64,000 bases of DNA. Origin: Chrysomallon squamiferum. Its lineage: Eukaryota > Animalia > Mollusca. Shown one piece after another: positions 1 through 52,986 of the stretch; the stretch's first letter is position 1; every line of letters begins with the position of its first letter. Where the stretch lies: assembly GCA_012295275.1 (NCBI GenBank), contig CM022677.1:27838001-27902000 (forward strand), in the 5' to 3' direction. The translations under genes were made by a program, and so were the position numbers. The notes beneath the pieces are model-generated. The model was given only the letters and a program-made list of their open reading frames with translations, was not told the origin of the DNA and did no database searches.

Positions 1-64
1 TAAATAAAATAAAATAAAAATATTATTATACCAAAAAAAATTAAAAATTAAAATTAATAATTAA

Positions 65-126
<62 letters not shown>

Positions 127-215
127 TTACATAAATAAAAAAAAATTAATAAGAATAATAAAAAAAAAAAAAAAAAAAATAAAAATAGAAATGTGTGTGT
201 GTATGTTTGTGTTTA

Positions 216-333
<118 letters not shown>

Positions 334-733
334 CCAAAGCCTGACAAAATGAGTCAGATGTCTGAAAATTCAAAAGTGAGTTATTAGTACCACAAGACAC
401 AGTAACATTTCTGCTTTCTTCTGAGATACAACAATAAAAGATCTATCAACTGTAACCGTTGTTATGGTTTCAGACTTTCAAAGTATTCATTTTTTATTTA
501 TTTTATGACCTTAGTTACCATGGACACATATTGTTCAAATACGACCAACAAAATCATATCAGCACTGTAACATTGTTCTGCCGATGACAGTATTTTTGTT
601 AGAAAAGAAAGATAGAGCAGTTATTCTCTAGTGACTGCCAATGTTAAATAAATAAATAAATAAATACATAAATAACAAAGAAGACATAATAAACAAATAA
701 ATAATTAAAAGAATGAATGAGTAAGTAAGTAAA

Positions 734-769
<36 letters not shown>

Positions 770-1562
770 ATTAATTAATTAATTAATAAAATAATAAATA
801 AATAAATTAAATAAATAAAACAAACAAATAAAAGTAGTAATAATATTATTATATAAACGAAAGGAAAGCGAGCAAAAATAATACAGAAACAGCAATATTA
901 AAAGAAAAATTTCAGCAGTAGTTTATAGCAAGGCAGTAAAAACAACAAAAAGGCGATGACGACAGAAAAGCAACAACAACAATAACAACAATTAAAAACA
1001 ACACAATGACAACAGCAATAGTAGTAATCATTGTATTATGTCTCTATATGTGTTAAATGCGTTTTCATGCGTCTAGGTGTGTCCATTTATTTATTTATTT
1101 ATTTATTTGGTTGTTTGTTTGTTTGTTTGTTTGTTTGTTAATTTGTTTATTTATTTGTTTGTTAGTTTGTTAGTTTGTTTATCTATTTATTTATTTATGT
1201 ATTTGTTTGTTTGTTAGTTTGTTTGTTAGTTTGTTTATCTATTTATTTGTTTGTTTGTTAATTTGTTTATTTATTTGTTTGTTTGTTTGTTTGTTAGTTT
1301 GTTTATCTATTTATTTATTTATTTATTTATATGTTTGCTTATTTTTTTTTTTTTTTATATATTTCTTTGTTTGTTTGTTTGCTTCTTTATTTATTTAATT
1401 ATTTATTTAATTATTTATTTATTTATTTATGTATTTATTATAATAAAACTCATCATGCCGTGTGTGTATCTGTCAGTCTGTGTGTCTGTCTGTCTCCTTT
1501 GCCTCTTTTTGCAGCGTGAAATACAGAAATACAAACAAACACAAAAGTGATTACAAATTAGT

Positions 1563-8614
<7,052 letters not shown>

Positions 8615-8622
8615 TTTATATC

Positions 8623-8653
<31 letters not shown>

Positions 8654-8837
8654 AAATCCAACTGTTTCTACTGTTTTGAATACGTAGAACAGTCTTGTCT
8701 GGCAAGACAAACACTTATAAATAGACTGACAGCTAATTGCTTACATTCAACCATGACGTCTGTTATCTTCTGCAAAGAAAAACTCTTGTGCATTAAGTCA
8801 TTACAACATATTCATATATATAGATATGTACATGTGT

Positions 8838-8897
<60 letters not shown>

Positions 8898-8948
8898 TTC
8901 TGACAAAGTGAAATATATTTTTGAAAATATGAAACCAAAAAAAAAAAA

Positions 8949-8979
<31 letters not shown>

Positions 8980-9436
8980 GATGGTATTAAAAGATTTTTA
9001 AAAATAAAAAAGAGAACAAAAACAGATGGAACATTTCAATTTTTTTTCTTTTTATTTCATATGTTTATATTTTATTAATTTTTATTTTTATTTTTATTTT
9101 TTTTATTTTTTTATTTTTGTCATTATAAATGTTATCTGTCATATTGTTTTTTGTTTTGTTTTTTATTTTAACGTATGTAACAGATTATTTCAGAGTTGAA
9201 CAATCGAAGATACACAGAATATGTGATTAAAAGCTGTTTATTATTTATGCAAATGTAACCAGTAGCAATATAAATGCATGTTGTTGGGGTTTTTTAAAAT
9301 GAAGATGTTATTTATAAAATTAAAAATAATAATAATAATAAATGTGAAAGCAAAAAACGTTTTGACGATATTTATAATAGTGTAAAAAATATCAGATTTC
9401 AAAGTTGTCGTTATTTTAATGTTAAATATTAGTAGC

Positions 9437-9489
<53 letters not shown>

Positions 9490-12400
9490 CAGTAGTAGTA
9501 GTAGTAGTATTTTAATTCAACCTTGTCAGCAAAATCTTACTTCAAGAATTATCTTTATCAAAGTTATATTATCTATTCAGTAAAGTGATCTTTTTATGAA
9601 GACTTTAATAGGTGTAGACTTACGTTATGTATTAGGCCTGTTTGAATTGATAAATGAATACGAGATCATTCCTGAGTAAGAGTTGTCGTTCGTGACTAGG
9701 TACTTTTTTCTATTACTTTTAATGTTTATTTCTGCAGACGACAATATAGAGTTGTCGTTCCTGGGTTTTTAAATTTATTTATTTATTTATTTTATTTTTT
9801 TTTTTTTTTCAACGAATCGGGGAATATCCCTTCACATGAAATAACTGTTAAACAATAAATGCAGGGTTTATTTGTAAACTACAATGCAGAATATGAAAGA
9901 AGATAGGTCTTAATGTTAATTTTAAATTATCTACTGAACATAATCGACAGTTTTCGTCCTTTTACGATCTTTTTTTTAAAAATAATATTTAGTTGTCATT
10001 TTTACCTATTTTCTTGTTTCGCTTTGTTTTCGAATTTTCGAATTTTCATCTGTGTCTTTTTAAGAAATACCCTTCACAAAATAAACTGATATCGAAATTC
10101 ATTCTGCTTTAAAACATACAGTAAATTAGTGTAACTGTCTGAGGTTGTGAAATAATAATATAAAAATAAAATCATAAAATACAATACAGTAAAATAAATA
10201 AATAAATAAAAACAATAAATAAATAAATTAACAAACAAACTAATAAAAAAATAAAGAATGTATTAGGCCCTTAACGGCTGTTAGCTGTATTCAGCCATAA
10301 ACTGTCCCAGGTCAAAACGGCCCTTTACGGTTTCTAGTCAGTTCAATAGTGCAGAGGTTTTAACACAATTACATTCTAGTCATTACCTGTCTCCCCCCCC
10401 CTTTTGACAAATACAAATATTTTTCTTGTTCATTTATAGATAGCATTATTATTTAACTCTTCAGAAAAATAAAACATACTTCACTTCTGAAACGTGTGGC
10501 AAAAACGTGACCCAGTTATGTCACATTCAGTTACCAGTTTGTTGAATTTTTAAACTCAGATTCGAGCAAAACAGACTGGTTGATATTTTGTACAGACTTT
10601 GTACATACAAACAATCATTATCCTGCTATTATTGTATATGCATACATACATACACTCATACATACATACATACACTCATAATACATACATACATACATGC
10701 ATACATACATACATAGATACATACACTCATACATACATATATACATACATACATACATACATACATACATGCATACATACATACATAGATACATACACTC
10801 ATACATACATATATACATACATACATACACTCATACATACATACACTCATACATACATACATACATATATACACTTATACATACACCTATATTCACATAC
10901 CAACACACTCTCATAATACGCATACAAGCATACAACTACATATGTACATGCATACAAACACCTACACATCTACACACACACATACATAAATACACACATA
11001 TGGATTCATCAGTATATTAACACATAAACACACGCAACAAGCTTGAAGATTTCACTATACAGAAAAACCAATAACAGACAGACAGACAGTCCGTTCACAG
11101 CAGCTAGCCACAGAAAGCACAACCTTCTGTTACCAGCTGATGGGTTTTCTCACAAGGGACATTCTGTTTGGAGTGCGTGATTGCGAGTCCTTAATTAGTG
11201 ATGAAAACTGTTGTGTATTACTACAAGCACGAAGCTCTACTCATTCAATAACTGAATCGAGAACAGCATACAACCTGTTCACACTGAAGTAGACATTGGT
11301 TGATAACCTTTATTTTAAAATGTCTATATAAAAACTTAAATACTGGTGAGATAAAGAAATATTTCAAATTTGCTTCCCAGCACTGGGGGGGGGGGTAGGA
11401 TCATGTCCTCTAGCATCTTAGGGTCCGGTGGGCTCATGATTACGCCCCCCACCCACCCACCCTCCCCTCCGACATTTCAGTTTCTGCACACGAGATTGAT
11501 ATGGTTAAGAAGAGTTAAAATGGAAAACATGATCAATATCTGACACTGAAGTAAACCTGGGTCAGAAACAGTTTATAATATACAGAGAGAGAGACAGGAA
11601 TTCGCACGTACAAACACAAAATAAACATAGAGATCAAAACAGTATCGCATGTAACTAGAACTATAACAACAACAACAACAACAATAATAATAATAGTAAT
11701 AATAGTAATAATAAAAGTAATAATAATAGTAATAATAATAATAATAATACTAACAACAACAACAACAATAACAATAATAATAATAATAATAATAATAGTA
11801 CTAATAGTAATAATAATAATAATAATGATAATGATGATGATGATGATGATGATGATGGTAATCATAATAGAATACAACTGCTAGTAACAACAACAACAAC
11901 AAGAACAACGTCAACAGCGAGAAAGAACAACGTCAACAGCGAGAAAGAACAATAATAGATAGACAGACAGATAGACAGACACACAGATAGATACATAGAT
12001 AGAGAGTGTGAATGAAAATTTATCATTTGTGTTCAGATATAATTTCCATATTCTAGATAGGAAAAACGAGTTGTTTCTCATTACAGATGTCGTTGTTGAT
12101 ATGCAGCAGTCGTAGTTACATAACATTGCTATTATGAATATGACAAGAACATTGTCCATGTTTTATCTGAACACACACACACACACAGACACAGACAGAT
12201 ACAGACAAACACACACACACACAGACAAACATACACACACAGACATTCACACACAGAGACAGACACAGACAAACACACACACAGACACACACACACATAT
12301 ACACACACAGACAGACACACACAAACACACACACACACAGACAGACACAGACAAACAAACACACACACACAGACAGACACACACATAAATAAACACACAC

Positions 12401-12909
12401 ACACACATACACACACACACAGACAGACACACACAAACACACACACACAAACACGCACACACACAAACACACACACACAGTGACACACACACAGACAGAT
12501 ATATATATATCTGGATAATTACGATCACTTTAAAAATACTACTACTACTACTACTACTACTACTAATAATAATAATAATAATAATAACAATAATGATAAT
12601 AAGAAGAAGAATAATAATAAGAAGAATAACAATAATAATAATAATAACAATAATAATAACAACAATAATAATAATAATAATAACAATAATAAGAAGAATA
12701 ACAACAATAACAATAATAATAATAATAATATTGAGAAGTGATAAATAAATAAGTGATAACTATTTGTGTTCGTAGACAGAACAAAGCAGCTGTCTTCGGC
12801 AGGTGTGTGGGGTTTCAACATTGTATGTCATAAGTGAAAAGTGTAATAATAGATAGTACTCGTTTCACTAACAGTGACAGAAACACAGACAGATAAACTC
12901 CACTAACTG

Positions 12910-13014
<105 letters not shown>

Positions 13015-13385
13015 TTTACTGCAGAAAGGCTATTGCTAAATAAAGTAATTCATTACTTAAACAGTCAAGCAAATAAATAAGCAAGTAAATAATTACGTAG
13101 AAAAACAAAAAGATAAACAAAACAACTAAAGAAACAAACAAACAAACAAACAAATAAATAAAAATGAAAGACAAGAAGAAAAAGAGGAAGAATGAAAAGA
13201 ACAAGAGACAGAATTAAAATGAGTTTTCCTAGTGTTCGATCACTAATTATTTATTGATTTATTGATTGATTTATTTATTTATGGGTAGATCTCTTTGAAT
13301 AATGGGACATATGTGGTGTTTGTGTCTGTGTGTATTTTTTGTCTAGAGATCTATAGATACGTACGTGTGTATGTGTATGTTTGTG

Positions 13386-13443
<58 letters not shown>

Positions 13444-14575
13444 CGTATGTGTGTGTATATTTATGTGTTTATATATCTGTATGTATGTGTATATGTGTGT
13501 GTGTATGTTTATATATATGAAGACTGTATTTAGCAAGATAAAGTAATTGTAACTTATACTGAGGTATTTTAGTCAGTAAATATCCACTGGCAGCATATTT
13601 GTTTTAAGACTTTGTTTCTGAATTATCTATTTCCTTAATGTAAATTCTCACTTATCCGAGTATATCTGAAATCTGATATTATTATTATTATTTAAAACTC
13701 TGTATTCAGAACACTATTGCCTATCTGCAAAAACATCCTTTTGATTAAGCAATTCCCAAAATTAATTCAAAATATGAACGAAAAACAAAAGCTAATAAAT
13801 AACAAAACTGGTAGTTCTTTTTTTTTTATGAGTAACTACATTTTTACTTTCAACAGTGAATTAATTAAATATTATGTCAGCATTACATTAATTAAAAGAT
13901 TAATTTCAGTTTTAAAATTAACAAAAAAACCATTTACTGAAAAAAAGGGATTCATTTTCAACATTAAATTAACTGAAACTTTAAACGCTAAATCTACGAA
14001 AGATTTCAATATTTCATTTTCGCTTTGATGTGCAGGATTGTGTCAACGTTTTATTTTGTATTTGTTTTTCCTAATTAACTAAAACTATCAATATCTTGCT
14101 GATTACCAGTTTCTATAATCAATCTATATGGTTCATTATTGTATTACTTATCTGAATCGTTCATTTTTTTTTTTTTTTTTTTTTAAATTAACATTTAAAA
14201 TTTTCCGATGGCGTTTTGTCAAACTGGGTGAGTCACAAAGTTTGATCAGGTCAGAGATGACTCAGAGTCGAGTTGTCAGCTGAAAACAAACTTGTTTTGA
14301 CCTCTTTAAAAATAGTCAAATTGTACACTGTAAAATGGGCCCATGCAAGGGTTGTTGTCGTCGTCGTTGTTGTTGTTGATGATGATGATGATGATGATGA
14401 TGTGATCTGCTGTTTGCTGTTGTTGATGGTTCTAGTGGGTGGTTGGTTAGTTTTGTTGTTGTTGTTGTTGTTGTTGTTGTTGCTGTTTGTTGTTGTTGGT
14501 TGCAGTTATTATTTTGATACTGTAGTTTCATTTCTTATCTCCCTCGTGAGATTATGGTCATGATGAATATTAGTA

Positions 14576-14621
<46 letters not shown>

Positions 14622-14853
14622 GAATTGTAGTAGTACGGTGCTACTGATACCAGCTCATTTAGTTATTGTTTAATTGTTTCTGGTTGTTTGTTGCTGACAT
14701 TTGTGGTTGCTTATTGTTGTTGATTATTTTTGTTGGTTATTGTTGTTGTTGCTGATGTTGCTGGTCTCTGTTAGTTATTAGTTACGTTGTTGTTACACCT
14801 GTCATACTGAAGCACAGTGAAAATGTATCACTAAGAACTAATTTGATTTGGAA

Positions 14854-14916
<63 letters not shown>

Positions 14917-14986
14917 GATTTTGATAATAATAATAATAATAATAATAAAAAGAAGAAGAAGAACAACAACAACAACAACAATAACA

Positions 14987-15017
<31 letters not shown>

Positions 15018-15062
15018 GAAGAAGAAGAAGAACAACAACAACAACAACAACAACAACATTGC

Positions 15063-15112
<50 letters not shown>

Positions 15113-15263
15113 GAAGAAGAAGAACAACAACAACAACAACAAAGAAGAACAACAACAACATCAACAACAACATAATCAACAACAATAATAATAAAAATAA
15201 TAACCAATATCAACAACAGAAGCAACAACATCAACAACAACAACATCAACACAACAACAACAT

Positions 15264-15301
<38 letters not shown>

Positions 15302-15320
15302 CCAACATCAACAACAGCAG

Positions 15321-15385
<65 letters not shown>

Positions 15386-15398
15386 GCAGAAACAACAT

Positions 15399-15456
<58 letters not shown>

Positions 15457-15602
15457 AGCAGCAACAACAACAACATCATCAACAACAGCATCAACAACAA
15501 CAACATCAACATCAGCAACAACAACAACATCAGCAACAACATCATCAACAACAACAACATCAACAACAGCAGCAGCAACAACAACGACACTGATAAACGT
15601 AC

Positions 15603-15762
15603 GTTTCGAGGTGACAGTGTTTGCATCTGGCGATTTCTACAAAGTCCTGCAAACCTTCGCACGAATCACTGGGTGTGCACAGTCGGGCGTGGCGTACCTC
15701 GCCCAGACAGTCCTCCCTGCAGTCCTGAGGGAACGACGTATTGACCCACGGTCCCCACGTCC
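15603..15762 (-). pseudogene. Isolated inverted copy of gene A exon 5 (TSP1-like), splice sites intact
   Basis: Reverse complement matches 24928-25087 apart from two synonymous changes (ACA/ACG, CGG/CGA); flanking intron sequence is also shared. No own signal exon found. Confidence 0.6.
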
Positions 15763-16021
15763 CTTCCAACATTGAAAAATATAGTAATAGTGATGATAAT
15801 GATAATAGCCGTAATGATGATGATAATGATAATAATAATAATATTAATAATAATAGTAATAGTAATTTTTATTATTTTCATTTATTTATTATTATTATTA
15901 CTATTATTATTACTATTGTTATTATTATTACTATTATTATTATTACTATTATTATTACTATTGTTATTATTATTCTTACTATTATTATTATTATTATTTT
16001 CATTATCATTATTATTATTAC

Positions 16022-16060
<39 letters not shown>

Positions 16061-16176
16061 TACTACTACTATTATTATTATTTTTTTATTATTATTATCA
16101 TTTTCATTATTATTATTTTCATTATCATTATTATTATTACTATTATTATTATTATTATTATTACTACTACTACTAC

Positions 16177-16227
<51 letters not shown>

Positions 16228-16820
16228 CATTATTTTTTTATTACTATTATTATTATTAATTATTGATTATTTTATCAGTTAGTTTTGTTTCCATTACAAC
16301 TCGGGTTCAAACTGCATAACGATCACGACAGCTAATTGAAGAACAACACGTGTCGGACGTTATTAATTTGTTTACCCTCAAAACGGCTTCTCAGTCTTCT
16401 TTTGTTTGCAGCGCCCGTCGACGCGAAATTAACCGTCGTATTCCATTTCGCGACGTTGTTGTCGCAGCTGATTAAACAGCAACATGTTACCTGTAACGCA
16501 CACCTCATCGTGTCAGCATCAACACCAGGATCCAATCATTCTTTCCTCTTTCAAATCGATCAATGAGGATTTTGCTGTGGTGCAAAGGCCTGGTTTCAGT
16601 TGCAGTCAACGAACAAAGACATTATCGCTTAATTGAAGTGTAATAAAAAAAAAAAAAAAAAAATGTGTGAACGATTGCGTAGTAGTTTGTTTTTTGTTTT
16701 TTTTTTAGTTTAAAGTAAATATTAGAAAAAAAACAACAACCAGAAACTCATTTTTAGGTAATCAGTTTTGTGACAGTTAATTATCTGAGTTAAATAACTG
16801 CGAGGGGATTTTCAGACGCC

Positions 16821-16856
16821 TATAAAAATCAGCGAGGGTCCTTCGTGCTTTCAGTT
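16821..16856 (+). promoter_or_regulatory. TATA box plus initiator of gene A
   Basis: TATAAAAA at 16821 and TCAGTT (Inr-like) at 16851, 30 nt apart; ATG at 16895. Confidence 0.7.
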
Positions 16857-16894
16857 CTTGCTGAAGACTGGGACAGTGAACTATCAGAAGCAAA

Positions 16895-25641
<8,747 letters not shown>

Positions 25642-26107
25642 AGAAATCTTGGATTTCGCTCAGAAAAATTAAACAGTTTTAACTGTTACGCGTTTCGTTG
25701 TTGTTGTTTATTTTCTGTACTCGTAAGTTAAAGTGTGTAATTAATGTAGGAAGGGTGAAGATTTGCTGTGGTAGTCACAGTAATGAAAAAAAAAGTATAT
25801 ATAAGAGTAAATAAATAAATAAATAAATAAATAAACTAATTACTCATAATTAATTAATTTAATTTTTTTTTTTTTTTTTTTTTTTTAAATATCCACAACA
25901 TTATTTAAATAGTGAATAGTTTCGTCTAAGTTATCTCCCCTTACGTTAGTTTTGGACGGAGAGAGAGTTGTTTCCCAGACAGAGTCATTAAAATGAGAGA
26001 GACAGAGAGAGAGAAACAGACAAACATACACATACAGAGACAGACAGATATAGAGAAAGACACAGACATATATAGACAGACACATACATATATATAGACA
26101 TATATGT

Positions 26108-26180
<73 letters not shown>

Positions 26181-26940
26181 GACAGAGAGAGAGAGATTTT
26201 GCTAACAATAAGGAATAAATACATTATAAATTAAATGAATTTTTTTTTTTTTTTCATTTCTGGTAACTTTAAATATAATTGTGTTTTCAACAATTTTGTG
26301 ACAGTTTTAATTTAAAAAAATAATTCTCATTTCACTGACAACATTTATTAAAAATGTATTTAAAATTAGGTTCGCTAATCATTTTTTTATTTGATATATT
26401 TTATCATTTAACTCGTTCAAAAAAATTCATAAAATAAAATAAAATAAAAACGAGAGGGAGAAAAAGAATAGAACAATTCAAACAAAAAATAAATAAAATA
26501 TTGTCTGGTTTCTGTGTTCACTATTGTCTAGCAGTAATAAAAGTAGTAATCATCGCTATTGTTGTAGGTGTAGGGGTTAACATGGTTGTGGTAGTAATAT
26601 TTGTAATGTTAAATGTAGCTGTAGCAATAGTAACAGAGTTAGTAGAAGTAGTAGTAGTAATATTATTATTATTATTAGTAGTAGTAGTAGTAGTAGTAGT
26701 AATAGTATTTGTAGTGGTAGCTGTTGAATTAGATATCATATAAATAATAGCAGTTATATTAGCAGTAACCTTGTGTAGCAGCAGCAGTAGTAGTAGTAGG
26801 AGTAGTAGTAATAGTAATAGTAGTAGTAATAGTAGTAGTAGTAGTAATAGTATTAGTAATAGTAGTAGTAGTAGTAATAGTTGTAGTAGTAGTAATAGTA
26901 ATAGTATTAGTAATAGTAGTAGTAGTAGTAGTAATAGTAA

Positions 26941-26975
<35 letters not shown>

Positions 26976-27150
26976 ATAGTAGTAGTAGTAGTAGTAGTAA
27001 TAGTAATAGTATTAGTAATAGTAGTAGTAATAGTAGTAGTAGTAGTAATAGTAATAGTATTAGTAATAGTAGTAGTAGTAGTAATAGTTGTAGTAGTAGT
27101 AATAGTAATAGTATTAGTAATAGTAGTAATAGTAGTAGTAGTAATAGTAA

Positions 27151-27233
<83 letters not shown>

Positions 27234-27306
27234 ATAGTAGTAGTAGTAGTAGTAGTAGTAATAGTAGTAGTAGTAGTAATAGTAGTAGTAGTAGTAGTAG
27301 TAGTAG

Positions 27307-27360
<54 letters not shown>

Positions 27361-27518
27361 ATGTAATACTGGTAGTAGCGATAGCGAGAGTAAAAAAGTA
27401 ATAAAGTTAAAACTCATCTGATTTTACGTGTTTATTTTCACAACACGTCATTTCACAGCACGTACCAATTTAACTGGCTAGATTATTTTATTCACGAACG
27501 TTACGTCAGTGTGACGTT

Positions 27519-34720
<7,202 letters not shown>

Positions 34721-34840
34721 GTTTGAATATTTAAATCTTACAGAAACTAGTTTAATTTATATACTCTAAATCCAGTCATTACCGATAGTCTGTCGATCAT
34801 AGAAATTAATGACTTTGTCTGTTTTATTATAATTAATATA

Positions 34841-34871
<31 letters not shown>

Positions 34872-36013
34872 TTAGTTATTATTAATTGCATTTGTTTTAT
34901 ATCTTCTTCTTTTTTTCAGTAACTCGTCAGTCATAGAAATATATTGTACAATAAAAGTTTCATAATAAATATTTAAATATCTTTTTTTTATTGTAATTAA
35001 CTTTAATGATAGTAGCGCTACTGCTGTCAAGAATGTTAGTACTTTGATCTGTGACTAAATAAATTTGACTGTAAAACAATTCAAAAATGTAAATAATATA
35101 CAGTACATGGTTTAAGATAAAATAATAATAATAATAACAATAATAATAATATTAATAATAATAATAATAATAATTAAAAAAAATAATAAGTGGCTACTGA
35201 ATGTGACAAAAAAATAAATGGGTAGAATAAAATACAATGTTAAATACTAATTCATAAGATAAACTATCTGTCTGTCTGTCTCTCTGTCTCTGTCTGTGTC
35301 TGTCTCTGCTTCTCTTGTATATAATTGTATCTATATTCATATCTTATCTATATATCTATCCGCCTACCTATCTAGCTACCTATATATCTCTCAACCTATG
35401 TACTTATATATCTGTCTATATATCTAGCTACCTATATATCCCTCAACCTTTGTACTTACATATCTATCTATCCATCTATCTCTATCTATCTACCTATCTT
35501 TATGTATCTGTCTATATATCTGTCTATCTGTCTATCCATCATCCGTCTCTGTGTCTTTATCTCTATCTTTCTATCTATCCAACTATCATTCTCTCTATTT
35601 GTCTCTCTGTTTGCCGATTTGTACAAATATCTACCTGTTTTCCTCTTTATCTATTTGTTTACACAACGGTAATAATATTTATAAGTATGACTACTACGGC
35701 AACCTTCACTAGTGTAATAATAATAATATTAATAATAACAACAACAACAACAATAATAAAAATAATAACAACAATAACAATAAAAATTATAATAATAATA
35801 ATAATAATAATAATAGTAATAATAATAATAATAATAATAGAAGAAGAAGATGATGATGATGATGATGATGATAATGAAACAAGTACTCATACATTCACAC
35901 GTAACATCAGCACAGACACACAGACACACAAAGAAAAAAACAATTAAAATATTACGTATTTGCTTGTATTTCCATCAGTAATTTATTCTTCTTCTTTTAT
36001 TTATTTATTTATT

Positions 36014-36050
<37 letters not shown>

Positions 36051-36100
36051 TCAAGTAATCGATTATTTTATCCGTTTATTCGTTTGTTCATTTTTCTAGA

Positions 36101-36180
36101 ACGTCATACTCACGTGACGTTTGTCTACAGCGTCATCATCACGTGACGTTTGTCTACAACGTCATACTCACGTGACGTTC
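36101..36180. promoter_or_regulatory. Three 29-bp tandem copies of a composite E-box/CRE-like motif (cgtcaNNNTCACGTGACGT) between divergent genes C and D
   Basis: TCACGTGA palindrome overlapping TGACGT, repeated three times in otherwise CpG-poor DNA; function is inferred. Confidence 0.45.
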
Positions 36181-37213
36181 TAAACGAACTCACACTCACG
36201 TTGTGTTACCATCACTACTCTACTAGTAAAACAATGTTCTACTATTGTTATTGTCAGAATAACTAAATATCTTACCACTATTAGATAGAACTGATAAAAC
36301 GACTATTTCTGACATCAGTGCCACTAAATCTACAACTACAGCAGCTATTACTACAACTACTACTACTACTAATACGACTACAACAGCAACACCACCAACA
36401 GCTACAACTACTGCCACTATTACTACTACTACAGATAATTTCAGAAAATATCGTGGTGGGAACATAATGGTTTATTTTAGTAACAATTATTTCATTTTTA
36501 ATGAACTGATAATAAAATTTATTTCATAGATCACTTCAAACAGATTCTCTCTTTCTCTCTCTTATTTAATTGTTTTAATGGCTTTTTTTTTGTTCTAATA
36601 ATTCTGAAAACCAGCTTTTAGTTATTTAATTAGTTAATAACGGTTCTTTTTTGTTGTTTTTTTTTTTTTTATTATTCGTGTTAATTATTTTTTTTTTTTT
36701 TTCTAAAATGATGATAAAACAGTAATACAGAGGGAAAAATCGATTTTAATATCACATAATCATTTTAATGCTACATTTTTCACTTTGATAATTGACCTGA
36801 TAGATAAAATCATTTCAAAAATAAATTTAAAAAAAAACAACAACAGCAAATGTACTTTTCTGAATGTGTTAAATATTAATACATTATATAGTCTATCTGT
36901 CTATCTGCTGTCTCTTTCTCTCTCTCTTCTCTTCTTGTATATAGTTACATCTATACTCACACCTATTCTACACACATGTACATACATACATACATACATA
37001 CATACATCAGCCTCCCTATCTACCTACCTGTCTATCTATCTATCTGTCTGTTTATTATTATTTATATTATTTTTTGTTTTTGGTTATTATTTTGAACTGA
37101 TAAATTAGTTTTATATTCATGAGCAAATAAATATAAATAACAAACACGTCAGCGCTAGTTAACGTGAAGTTTTGAATGCAGGAATAAAGCGGTAAAGAAA
37201 GTTTTAAGAGAAA

Positions 37214-51478
<14,265 letters not shown>

Positions 51479-52221
51479 AGAGGTGACGGTGACATACAGT
51501 TTCAAGGAGAAATTTTATACGCTAATTACTGACGCTGCTTCTATTATTAGAAAATATACGGAAACGGGTTGATGATGACGATGACACCCGGGAATGCGAA
51601 CCGAAAATAGCCGAATCGTTCCGAAATTTTCCGAACGTGACCGGAACGGATTTTTAAAATGACGATTGTTATTGCACTTTTATTTTTTAATATCGTTTTA
51701 ATGATTTATTTGTTTTATTTTTTATTTTATCAAATATAATCTGGTTTATTAACTGCATTAAATAAAACTTCTGTGGTATTTGGGCTTCTTATATTTTGCA
51801 AACACTTTTATTTGTGTTTATATTTATGACTTTGCAAGTATTAATAAAATTTCACAGACCTTCAAATCTATCTCTTCTTCTTAATTATAATTTAACTAAA
51901 TAAATAACTGTTAGAGTTTGTTACATACATGTAAACGCATATGCATACATACATCCATACATACATACGTACTTACCTACACAGACACACACATACACAC
52001 ACACATACATGCACACGCACACATACATACATACTTATATACATACACACATACGTACATACATACATACATACATATATACGTACATACATACACAGAC
52101 ATACACATACACACACATACATGCACACACACATACATACATACTTACACATATACATACATATATACATGCATACATACACACATACATACATACCACC
52201 AAAAAATGTTTTGAACCGTAC

Positions 52222-52986
52222 CTTCATCCACGTTTGGAGTGCGGGTGAATGGGTGTCATACGTTCGAGTCTCGTCAGCGGCATCTGACAGGTTTGTGAGG
52301 TCGTGATTGGACTTTGTCCTCCTGCGCCAGTGCGTTCTCGAATATTGTCTGTGTGAAGAGTCTATTCAGACGTACATAAGACAGAGAATATTCAAATCTT
52401 ATAAGAACACCAAGAACATCAACAAGAAAAATAACGACTATTACTTTATAAAATTAGCACAAAAAAACAATCAAGTAATAATAATATTATTAAATTAAAG
52501 AGAAAAGATTAAAATAATTCAAAAAAATAAATAAATAAATAAAAATTAATAATAATAACAATAAAAAGAAACTCACAGCATAGTTTGAACATGTGAATGT
52601 GCGTGCATGCGTGAATGTCTGTTTCCATGCGTCCGTGTGCGTATCTACGTGTGTGCGTTTGAAGTCTGTGTGGACATGACTGTCTGGAACCTGGCGTAGA
52701 TAATAAAACAGAAAAATAAATAAATTAAATAAATACTTAGATATACTTCTTTTCTGTTTTATATCTTATTTCGTTTTCTTTCCTGTAACTTCTTCATTTG
52801 TCTCTGCAGTAGCCATTTTGGTCGTCTCTCCTGTATCCAGTATTTTCGTTGTCTTCCCGGCATGCTCTGTCACTTTCTCTCTCCAGTTTTCCCTCGCTCA
52901 ACTTCGTTTGTGTTTCCCGTGGTTTGTGTTCTGCTTGTCTTTTCTCTAAAATCTTTTGTCGTTCTTTCCGTACCACGTTCTGTTGT
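52222..52986 (-). other. Two orphan exon-like GC-richer segments (52222-52348; about 52794-52986) encoding charged, coiled-coil-like peptides
   Basis: cacacag|QYSRTHWRRRTKSNHDLTNLSDAADETRTYDTHSPALQTWMK|gtacgg and cttag|QQNVVRKERQKILEKRQAEHKPRE...; no complete model can be built. Confidence 0.3.

Noticed and set aside
10453-11518. Possible TTAA-flanked MITE (ttaactcttc ... gaagagttaa)
   Set aside because: The inverted match is only about 10 bp in AT-rich DNA, with no second copy or transposase to support it.
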